From Hypanus sabinus (Eukaryota), in NCBI RefSeq assembly GCF_030144855.1, contig NW_026781513.1, forward strand, positions 186,001 through 250,000: a DNA stretch of 64,000 nucleotides, read 5' to 3'. The position numbers and the translations under genes were made by a program. The notes under the pieces were generated by a model. It saw only the letters and a list, made by a program, of their open reading frames with translations. It was not told the origin of the DNA and did not search any database. The number at the start of each line of letters is the position of its first letter. Position 1 is the first letter of the stretch. Of the stretch, positions 36,470 through 47,151 are shown in pieces.

Positions 36470-39400
36470 CCTCAAACCCTGCCTCCCATATAACCACCCA
36501 AATTAAATTCCTCCATATACCTGTCTAGTAGTCTCTTAAACTTCACTAGTGTATCTGCTTCCACCACTGACTCAGGCAGTGCATTCCACGCACCAACCAC
36601 TCTCTGAGTGGAAAACCTCCCTCTAATATCCCCCTTGAACTTCTCTGATAGAACCGTAGAACATTACAGCACAGAAACAGGCCTTTCGACCCTTCTTGCT
36701 GTGCCGAGCCATTTTCCTGCCGAGTCCCACTGACCTGCACCTGGCCCATATCCCTCCATACCCCTCTCATCCGTGTACCTGTCCAAGTTTTTCTTATATG
36801 TTAAAAGTGAGCCCGTATTTACCGCTTCATCTGCCAGCTCATTCCACACTCCCACCACTCTCTGTGTGAAGAACCCCTCCCATATGTTCCCTTCAAACTT
36901 TTCCCCCTTCACCCTTAACCCATGACCTCTGTTTTTTTTTCTCCCCCAGCCTCAGTGGAAAAAGCCTGCTTGCATTCACTCTATCTATACCCATCATAAT
37001 TTTATACACCTCTATCAAGTCTCCCCTCATTCTTCTACGCTCCAGGGAATAAAGTCCTCACCTATTCAACCTTTCTCTCTAACTCAGTTTCTCAAGTCCC
37101 GGCAACATCCTTGTAAACCTTCTCTGCACTCTTTCAATCTGATTAATATCCTTCCTGTAATTCGGTGGCGAATACTGCACACAATACTCCAAATTCGGCC
37201 TCACCAATGCCTTATACAACCTCACCATAACGTTCCAACTCTTATACTCAATACTTGGATTTATAAAGGCCAATGTGCCAATAGCTCACTTTACTACTCT
37301 ATCTACCTGTGACGCCACTTTTAGGGAATTTTGTATCTGTACTCCCAGATCCCTCTGCTCTACTGCACTCGTCAGTGCCCGACCATTTACCTTGTATGCT
37401 CTACCTTAGTTTTTCCTTGCAAAGTGCAATACCTCACACTTCTTTGCATGAAACTACATCTGCCATTTTTCAGCTCTTTTTTCCAGCTGGTCCGGATCCC
37501 TCTGCAAGCTTTGAAAACCTTCCTCACTGTCCAGTACACCTCCAATCTTTACATCATCAGTAAATTTGCTGATCCAGCTGAGAGTAGGGGAGCTTCAAAC
37601 AAGAGGCCGTGAGTTGAGAGTTAGGGGGCAAAAGTTTAAGGGTAACACGAGGGGGAACTTCTTTACTCAGAGAGTGTTAGCTGTGTGGAACGAGCTTCCA
37701 GTAGAAGTGGTAGAGGCAGGTTCGGTATTGTCATTTAAAGTAAAATTGGATAGGTATATGGACAGTAAAGGAATGGAGGGTTATGGGCTGAGTGCAGGTC
37801 GGTGGGACTAGGTGAGAGTAAGCGTTCGGCACGGACTGGAAGGGCCGAGATGGCCTGTTTCCGTGCTGTGATTGTTAGATGGTTTATATGGGACATGTTG
37901 GGCACAACTTTGTGGGCCGAAGTCCCTGTATTGTGCTGGAGGTTTTCTGTGTTTCTAAAATAGCCCGAGGCTTTCTCCCGGGCCTGAAATGGCTAACACG
38001 AGGGGGCATAGGTTTAAGGCGCTGGGGAGTAGGTACTGGGGAGATGTCAGGGGTAAGTGTTTCACACAGAGAGTGGTGGGTGCGTGGAATGGGCTGCCGG
38101 CAACGGTGGTGGAGACGGGCAGGATATGATTTGGGGAAACTATTGAGATGTAGTGGGGGGGGGGATTCATCTCTTTCCATTTCAATAAAATAGATCCTCT
38201 CGCCATTGATGTAGCGAATGCAATCATCCGCCGAGCTGACGAGGGCAGATCACTCATTGGTAAACCGAAAATTGCAGTGGCAGGGCGAGGTTGTAAATCA
38301 ACGTGCAAAACTATAGAGAATATATGAAAAATATCTTTCCGAATTTTTTCCGAAAGAGGACAAGACCAAAACATATGAGTCAGAGAGGCTACGTCAAATG
38401 ACGTCTATCACAAATCGGATTTACATAAGAGTTAAAAACGAGCTAATTTATATTTGGACATATGAGCCCCAAGCACCACTTTAAATTGAATCAACATGTG
38501 TTTCGCACAAATAGAAGTTAGATAATTGAAAAACTGTTCTTCTATTGCAAAGGAAGTTGAAGTTCCTCCTCCCATTCATTTTTAATTTTATCGGAGATAT
38601 GGAACCATAGAACCATAGAACACTGCATCACAGTACAGGCCCTTCAGCCCTCCATGTTGTGCCGACCCATATAATCTTTTTTAAAAAAAGAAATGGATAT
38701 GGATTATAAACCCAGACTACCACAGAACCCTCCATTTTTCTTTCATCCATGTCCCTGTCCAAGAGGCTTTTAAATACCCCTAATGTTTTAGCCTCTACCA
38801 CCATCCCTGGCAAGTTATTCCGGGCACTCACAACTCTTTGTGTAATAAAACGTACCCCTGATGTCTCCCCTAAACTTCCCTCTCTTAATTTTGTACCTAT
38901 GCCCTCTAGTGTTTGCTATTGGTGCCCTGGGAAACAGGCTCTGACTATCCACCCTATCTTTGCCTCTCATAATCTTGTAGACCTCTATCAAGTCCCCTCT
39001 CATTCTTCTACGCCCCAAAGGGAAAAGTCCCAGCTCTGCTAACCTTGCCTCATATGACTCGTTCTCCAAACCAGGCAACATCCTGGTAAATCTCCTCTGC
39101 ATCCTGTCCATAGCTTCCATATCCTCCCTATAATGAGGTGACCAGAATTGAACACAATACTCTAAATGTGTTCTCACTAGAGATTTGTAGAGTTGCAACA
39201 TGACCTCTCTACTTTTGAACTCAATCCCCCTGTTAATGAACCCCAGCATCCCATAGGCCTTCTAAACTACCCCATTAACTTGTGCAGCGACCTTGAGGGA
39301 TGTATGGATTTGAACCCCAAGGTCCCTTTGTTCATCCACACTCTTAAGTAACTGACCATTAATCCTGTACTCAAGTCTTCTGGTTTGTCCTTCCAAAATA

Positions 39401-39480
39401 CATCACTGCACACTTGTCCGGATTGAACTCCATCTGCCATTTTTCTGCCCAACTCTGCAGCCTGTCTATATCCTCAACCA
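36470..39480. mobile_element. Cluster of CR1 fragments (36470-37575 -, 37580-38125 +, 38600-39480 -) with an L1 C-terminal remnant at ~38130-38600 (-)
   Basis: CR1 peptides on both strands; L1-like MFWSCP..IF.IFS.VL..AIFG..IAFATSMAR..ILLKWK..PP. Confidence 0.8.
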
Positions 39481-39597
39481 CCTGCAGCTACATCCAGAAC
39501 TCCTCCAATATATCTGACTGTATTTTCGTAATCATGTAATAAATTACTGCTATTAATTCCTCGACCCTATTTACCTCCCCCCACCCTCTCTCCAAAG

Positions 39598-39948
39598 ATC
39601 CCAAGAAAAAGGAACGAAGTCCAAACGTGACCCTCCTGCAGCCGTCGCCATGGGAACTGAAGGAGACGCAGAAGGTCACCTTGGTCTGCCTCGTCACCGA
39701 ATTCTACCCGGACAACCTGCGCATCCATTGGCTGCTGAACAACGTGAGAATCCCGTCCAACGACAGCCGGCTGCTGACGGATCCGGAGTCGTCGGCCAAT
39801 ACAAATAACGACAGCTACAGCATCAGCAGCCGGCTCCTCCTCAGCCTCGAGGAGTACGCCGGCAGCAAGAAGATCGTGTGCTTCGTGGAGCACTACAAAG
39901 ATGGCTCCAACCCAGTGGAGATCAAGGATCATATCGATGTCAAGATAG
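39598..39948 (+). CDS. TRBC: TCR beta constant region exon 1 (Ig C1 domain)
   Basis: Acceptor after a pyrimidine tract (ctctctccaaag|at), phase 1 matching the J donors; PNVTLLQPS...KVTLVCLVTEFYPDNLRIHW...YSISSRL...IVCFVEH has the C1-set Cys/Trp/Cys pattern and the beta-like TLVCL.T.FYPD and YS.SSRL motifs; donor g|gtgagt at 39949; 351 nt. Confidence 0.96.
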
Positions 39949-40339
39949 GTGAGTATCGGCATGGCCAACAGCGGACACTGAGCGGCTCTGGCGCGGGAAC
40001 ATTGCCGGCAGCCCATTCCACGCTTCCACCACTCTCTGCGTAAATAGCCTGCCCCTGGTGGCATCTCCTCTCTACCCACTCCCCAGCACCTTAAAACCGT
40101 GCCCTCGCGTTCTAGCCATTTCATCCCTGGGGGGCGGGGGGGGGGACTTTCACGATCAATGTCTCTCACAATCTGATACACCATAACTGATGAACGTTAC
40201 TGCGCCCGACACAGTACACAGGGTGGGCGGAAACTGGGCCGCGTAGCGACGCCATGAGCGCTGGGTTCAATGGCGGCGCCGTCTGAAAGGAAGTCCGCCC
40301 GTGCTCCGCGTGGCCGCGTGGAAGAGACGGGATCTACAA

Positions 40340-41655
40340 GTGTTTGGATAGACAGGGACTTGTTAGGGAGAGTCAACATGGCTTTGTGCGCGGCGGGTCA
40401 TGTTTACCCAATCTATTAGAGCTTTTCGAGGCGGTTACCGGGAAAGGGGATGACGGGAAGGCAGTGGATGTTGTATATATGGACTTCAGTAAGACCTTTG
40501 ACAAGGTCCCGCATGGGAGGTTAGTTAGGAGGATTCAGTCGCTAGGTATACACGGAGAGGTAGCAAATTGGATTAGACATTGGTTCAATGGGAGAAGTCA
40601 GAGAGTGGTAGTGGAGGATTGCTACTCTGAGTGGAGGCCTGTGACTAGTGGTGTGCCACAGGGATCAGTGCTGTGTTCATTGTTATTTCTCATCTCTCAA
40701 TGATCTAGATGATAATGTGGTAAATTGGATCAGCAAATTAGCTGATGATACAAAGATTGGAGGTGTAGTGGACAGTGAGGAAGGTTTTCAAAGCTCGCAG
40801 AGGGATTTGGACCAGCTGGAAAAATGGGCTGAAAAATGGCGGATGGAGTTTAATACAGACAAGTGTGAGGTATTGCACTTTGGAAGGAAAACCCAAGGTG
40901 GAACATATAGGGTAAATGGTCGGACACTGAGGAGTGCAGTAGAACAGAGGGATCTGGGAGTACAGATACATAATTCCCTAAAAGTGGCGTCACAGGTACG
41001 CAGGGTCGTAAAGAGAGCTCTTGCATATTGTCCTTTATAAATCACAGTATTGAGTATAAGATTTGGAATGTAATGGTGAGGTTGCATAAGGCATTGGTGA
41101 GGCCGAATTTGGAGTATTATGCGCAGTTTTGGTCACCGAATTACAGGAAGGATATTAATAATGTTGAAAGAGTGCAGAGAAGGTTTACAAGGATGTTGCC
41201 GGGACTTGAGAAACTGAGTTAGAGAGAAAGGTTGAATAGGTGAGGACTTTATTCCCTGGAGCGTAGAAGAATGAGGGGAGACTTGATAGAGGTGTATAAA
41301 ATTATGATGGGTATAGATAGAGTGAATGCAAGCAGGCTTTTTCCACTGAGGCTGGGGGAGAAAAAAAACCAGAGGACATGGGTTAAAGGTGAAGGGGGAA
41401 AAGTTTAAGGAGAACATTGGGGGGGAGGGGCTTCTTCACACAGAGAGATGGGAGTGTGGAATGAGCGGCCAGATGAAGTGGTAAATGCGGGCTCACTTTT
41501 AACATTTAAGAAAAACTTGGACAGGTACACGGATGAGAGGGGTATGGAGGGATAATGGCCCAGGTGCAGGTCAGTGGGACTAGGCAGAAAAATGGTTCGG
41601 CACGTCCAAGAAGGGCCAAAAGGCCTGTTTCTGTACTCTAATGTTCTATGGTTCT
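40340..41655 (+). mobile_element. CR1 RT and 3' end in TRBC intron 1
   Basis: SQHGFVRGGSCLPNLL..DVVYMDFSKTFDKVPH..VTSGVPQGSV..LADDTKIG. Confidence 0.93.
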
Positions 41656-41658
41656 AAA

Positions 41659-42321
41659 AGGATGCTGCCCGGATTAGACAGTGTGCTAAGGAGATTCACC
41701 AGGATGTTGTCTAGATTAGAGAGGGTGCAGAGGAGATTTACTGGGATGCTGTCTGGATTAGAGAAGATGCAGAGGAGATTCACCAGGATGATGCCTGGAT
41801 TAGAAAGGGTGCAGAGGAGATTCACCAGGATGTTGTCCGGATTAGAGAGGGTTCAGAGGAGATTCCCCAGGACGCTACCTGGATTAGAGAGGGTACAGAG
41901 GAGATTCACCAGGACGCTACCTGGATTAGAGAGGGTGCAGAGGAGATTCACCAGGATGCTGCCCGGATTAGAGAGGGTTCAGAGGAGATTCACTGGGATG
42001 CTGCCCGGATTAGAGAGGGTTCAGAGGAGATTCACCAGGATGCCGCCTGGATTAGAGAGGGTGCAGAGGAGATTCACCAGGATGCTGCCTGGATTAGAAA
42101 GGGTGCAGAGGAGATTCACCGGGATGCTGTCCGGATTAGAGAGGGTTCAGAGGAGATTCCCCAGGACGCTACCTGGAATAGAGAGGGTGCAGAGGAGAGT
42201 CACCAGGATGCTGTCTGAATAAGAGAGGGTGCAGAGGAGATTCACCGGGATGCTGTCCGGATTAGAGAGGGTTCAGAGGAGATTCCCCAGGACGCTGCCC
42301 GGATTAGAGAGGGTGCAGAGG
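41659..42321 (+). repeat. 42-bp CR1-derived minisatellite (~16 units) in LINE-sense orientation, TRBC intron 1
   Basis: aggatgctgcctggattagagagggtgcagaggagattcacc units starting directly after a CR1 3' tail. Confidence 0.95.
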
Positions 42322-43642
42322 GTGCCTTCGGTATCGATTTGTCGACCACTATCTACTTCAAAAAATAGTCTCCACCTTAATTCTCCCCGCGATGCTGCAA
42401 AGATTGAAAGTACATTTACAACCAAAGAATGCAAATTAGGTGTGCAACAGTGAGAGTTGTTTGCTTACAGTCAGGCGCAAACCAAGAAACCGGAAATAAA
42501 CCAATTTAAAAAAATAAAGATCGAACCCCCCCCCCAACCCTCTCAGCGCAGGGGGGAGAGAGAGAAAAAAACAAATCATGTAAAAAATAGAAGCATTCCA
42601 AACCAAATTGAGTCCTTAGATCCCAATCCCCGGAGCGGGCCCAAATCCTCGGTATTCAGTTCGTCAGACTAGCGAGTGCAAATGTCCCACAGCTGGACTC
42701 CAGCCGCCACTCCTTTGCTCGATCTTCTGACCGTCCACGTCCATCTATCTGTCTGTCTATATATCTATCTATCCATCTGTCTATCCATCTGTCNNNNNNN
42801 NNNNNNNNNNNNNNNNNNNNNNNNNNNNNNNNNNNNNNNNNNNNNNNNNNNNNNNNNNNNNNNNNNNNNNNNNNNNNNNNNNNNNNNNNNNNNNNNNNNN
42901 NNNNNNNNNNNNNNNNNNNNNNNNNNNNNNNNNNNNNNNNNNNNNNNNNNNNNNNNNNNNNNNNNNNNNNNNNNNNNNNNNNNNNNNNNNNNNNNNNNNN
43001 NNNNNNNNNNNNNNNNNNNNNNNNNNNNNNNNNNNNNNNNNNNNNNNNNNNNNNNNNNNNNNNNNNNNNNNNNNNNNNNNNNNNNNNNNNNNNNNAGAGT
43101 GGACAGCCAGCGCCTCTTCCCCAGGGCACCACTGCTCAGTACAAGAGGACATGGCTTTAAAGTAAGGGGTGCGGAGTTCAAGGGGGATATTAGAGGAAGG
43201 GTTTTCACTCAGAGTGGATGGTGCGTGGAATGCACTGCCTGGGTCAGTGGTGGAGGCAGATACACTAGTGAAGTTTAAGAGACTACTAGACAGGTATATG
43301 GAGGAATTTGTGGGGGTGTTGTATGGGAGGCAGGGTTTAAGGGTCAGCACAGCATTGTGGGCCGAAGGGCCTGTTCTGTGCTGTACTATTCTATATTCTA
43401 TGTTCTATCCCACCTCCTGTCCTCAATTCCCTCATGCCCCTTCTGTCTGCACGCGGTGACTTGCCAGACTCGGCCGCACCGGCGTCAATCCCTTCCCGCC
43501 GTTCGGTAATGAGAATCTGCGGTCGCCAACGCCGACCCCTGCGGGGGGGTGGGGGGTGATCCGCGTTCGCTGCCGGTAAGCCCTGGGCGTTGAAATGGAT
43601 ATTCTGGGGTTAACCTCTGTCTTTTCTTTTCTTTCCCCGCAG

Positions 43643-43663
43643 ATCGATGTGATTTATCCAGTA
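43643..43663 (+). CDS. TRBC: TRBC exon 2 (connecting peptide with interchain Cys), DRCDLSS
   Basis: Strong pyrimidine tract cttttcttttctttccccgcag|, 21-nt phase-1/phase-1 exon, donor |gtaagt at 43664; carries the expected hinge Cys. Confidence 0.85.
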
Positions 43664-43849
43664 GTAAGTCTTCCAAAACGTCTACGAACCGTTTATTTAA
43701 AATATATTTCATCGGGCCGGGTCCGCGACTCTCTGCGGCGCTTTCTAACGTCCCTGCGCGTTCGCATTCGTACCCCCCCCCCACCGCACCCCCTTTTTTG
43801 TTTTCCCTCATTCTGATGGCGCCTCGTCCCTTCTCTTCTCATCCTCCGG

Positions 43850-44490
43850 ATCCATGGCCACGCTCTGCAACACCAGCTCATTCCCATTCTCGCATGGTCC
43901 TCTGTCCTCTCTCCTGTCAGATGCCTTTTTCTTTCAAGCCCTTTGGCGTTTCCACCTATCTCTCCTCTCGGCTCCTCACCTCCTTCCCTCTGTCCCGTGG
44001 TCCTCTGTCCGCTCCTATCTAATCCCCTTCTTCTTAAACTCTTTACTGCTTCCACCTATCTTCCCCCACCAACCACCACCCCCCCCCCCCAAACCGGCAC
44101 CATCACCACCCCGGTTCTTCCCTTCTCATTTTTTTCATCGTCCTTAGTCCAATCAGATTTCTTCTCCTTCGGCCCTTCGCATCTTCCACCAATCCGCTCC
44201 CTCTAGTTCCCTCACCTCCTCCCCGCTCTTCCATGGTCCTTCCTCCTGTCCAATCAGATTCCTTCACCTTCGGCCCTTTGCCTCTCCCACCTGTCTCCTC
44301 CCAGCTTCTCACATCTCCCCATCTCATCACTTCCCCCCCCCCCTCTCTCAGCCACCTTTCCCCTCGCCTGGTCTCACTTATCTCCTTCCAACTTGCTGTC
44401 CCGTCCCTTCCCCCGCCCTACCGTCTTATTTTGCATACTGCACCCCACCCCACCCCCACCCTTCCTTTCCAGTCCTGAAGATCTCACCGC
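43850..44490 (+). mobile_element. Pyrimidine-rich Penelope-associated repeat segment
   Basis: Reverse-complement similarity to 9773-10020 (ttccacctatc.., ctttccagtcctgaag). Confidence 0.55.
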
Positions 44491-44519
44491 TGCGTTTCGC
44501 CCCACGAAGGGGCACAGAG

Positions 44520-46530
44520 AGGCTGAATGCGCACGGTCTCTTCTCCCAGGGTCGGGTGGTCTGGGAGATGTGGGAAATGTGCGAAATGTTCCAGGAATGA
44601 AAGGGATACCGTATCAGGAACTTCTGGCAGCTCCGGGGCTGCACTGAGTTCGGGAGAATGAGAGGGGATATTCCGAATGTTAAAAGGCCTGAACAGATTA
44701 GAGATGACAAAGTTATTTCCCATGGTGGGGTGGGGGGAGTCTAGGGCAAGAGGGCACGACTTCAGGATTGAAGGACGCCCTTTCAGGACTGAGATGTGGA
44801 AAATTTACTTCAGTCGGAGGGTGGTAAATCTGTGGGGTTCGCAGCCACGACCGGCTGTGAAGCCAAGTCATTGGGTGCATTTAAGGCAGAGATAGACAGG
44901 TTCTTGATTAGCCAGGGCAGCAAAAGGTATGGGGAGAAGGCAGGGGAGTGAGGATGACTGGAAGAATTGGATCAGCCCATAATTGAATGGCGGAGCTATT
45001 GGCCTGGTCTGCTCTGATATCTTATGGTTTTATAGACTTACATGTATTCCCAGTTGCGCAGACCAACCATTGCTCTAAGCAAGAAATTTTTACACGGCCA
45101 GAAAACTTTGCGGCACTTCTTTTTTATGTGTAGTGTTGAAACTGTGAATAAAAGCATAGAAACCCTACAGCACAATACAGGCCCTTTGGCTCACAAAGCT
45201 GTGCCGAACATGTACCTACTTTAGAAATTACCTAGGTTTACCCACAGCCCTCTATTTTTCTAATCTCCATGAATCTATCCGAAAGTCTCTTAAAAAACCC
45301 TATCGTATCCGCCTCCACCACCGCCGCCGGCAGCCCGTTCCACACACTCTCCACTCTCTGAGTAAAAACACTTACCGCTGACATCTCCTCTGTACCTACT
45401 CCCCAGCACCTTAGACCTGTGTCCTCTTGAGGCAACCATTTCAGCCCCGGGGAAAAAGCCTCTGACTATCCACACGATCGATGCCTCTCATCATCTTGAT
45501 CAGACTATATCCATTGCGAGGGTCCGTAAGTCGGACGTTCGTAACTCGGGGACTGCCTGCATTTCCGAGCACCTTAAATTATGCCCCTCATGTTAGCCAT
45601 TTCAGCCCTGGGAAAAAGCCTCTGACCATCCACACGATCAATGCCTCTCATCATCTTATACACCTATATCAGGTCACCTCTCATCCTCCGTCGCTCTATG
45701 GAGGAAAGGCTGAGTTCACTCAACCTATTCTCATAAGGCATACTCCCCAATCCAGGCAACATCCTTGTAAATCTCCTCTGCACCCTTTCTACAGTTTCCA
45801 CATCCTTCCTGTAGTGAGACGACCAGAACTGAGCACAGTACTCCAAGTGGGGTCTGACCAGGGTCCTATATAGCTGCAACATGCTCGGCTCCTAAACTCA
45901 GTCCCATGATTGATGAAGGCCAATGCACCGTACGCCTTCTCAACAACACTGTCGACATGCATAGCTCTTTTGCGTGTCCTATGGACTCGGATCCCAGGAT
46001 CCCTCTGATCTTCCATACTGCCAATAGTCTTACCATCAGTACGATGTTTAGAATGAAAGTGAAAAGTACGCACTATTCATTTTATTTACTATTTGTAGAG
46101 TAGGGTGAAGCACAATAGACAATTGGTGAAGGAGTAGGCCATTCGGCCCTTCGAGCCAGCACTGCCATTCAATCATTTCCGATCAGTACCCCGTTCCTGC
46201 CTTCTCCCCATATCCCTTGACTCCGCTATCTTTAAGAGCTCTATCGAACTCTTTCTTGAAAGCATCCAGAGAATTAGCCTCCACTGTCTTCTGAGGCAGA
46301 GCATTCCACATATCCACCACTCTCTGGGTGAACAAGTTTTTCCTGAACTCCGTTCTAAACGGCCTAACCCTTATACTTAAACTGTGGCCTCTGATTCTGG
46401 ACTCCCCCCAACATCGGGAACGTGTTTCCTGCCTCCAGTGTGTCCAATCCCTTAATAATCTTATAAGTTTCAATCAGATCCCCTCTCATCCTCCTAAATT
46501 CCAGTGTATACAAGCCCAGTCGCTCCAATT
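44520..46530. mobile_element. CR1 fragments in TRBC intron 2 (+ 44520-45030; - 45160-46010; - 46105-46530)
   Basis: CR1 ORF2 C-terminal peptides on both strands. Confidence 0.85.
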
Positions 46531-46734
46531 AAGCAAAGTTTCTCACGTTTCCGCAACTTTTTAACTTCGGCGTGTAGCGGGCAGGCGGTTTATTAGCAAG
46601 GGGTCACGCGTTTTATCCATAAATGAACAAAGAGGGGGCCACTCGCTGGAATGGGAGACGCGCCATAAGGAGCTGCCTATGTCAGTCAGTTCAGGCTTCC
46701 AAACGCCAACGTCATTTCCTTTTCTCTTCGACAG

Positions 46735-46841
46735 AGCAAAAGCTGCCCACCTTACACGCCGGTAGGTTGACGTATCTCATCCTGATCTTCAAAAGCGTCC
46801 TCTACGGCATCATCCTGGTGGTACTGGGCTGGAAGGCGAAG
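46735..46841 (+). CDS. TRBC: TRBC exon 3 (transmembrane), KQKLPTLHAGRLTYLILIFKSVLYGIILVVLGWKAK
   Basis: Acceptor tttccttttctcttcgacag|ag, phase 1; conserved antigen-receptor TM pattern Y-x-I-L-x-x-K-x-x-L-Y with the CD3-associating Lys; phase-0 donor aag|gtaacc. Confidence 0.94.
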
Positions 46842-47151
46842 GTAACCTCTCCCGACCACGAACCCGGCGGCAGCCCGTGTCCGCGGCGAGGCGCGGGAGG
46901 TGGGGCGGGCAGGGCGGGGACCGGCGGGAAGAATCCGTTCGGCCCGAGTGTCCCTGCCAGCCAGGACGCCCACTGACACCCCTCATCTACCCGCACTTGC
47001 TCAAATATCCCTCCATTTCGCTACCTGGTAATATGGCTAATTAAAGAACGCACGCCCTCCGCCATTCAGGTGCTGGGTCCTAACCTTGTCCGCTGAGGCC
47101 CCTCTGTCCCTCGACACTCGCCACCATTCACGGTGTGTGACCTATCCTCTA

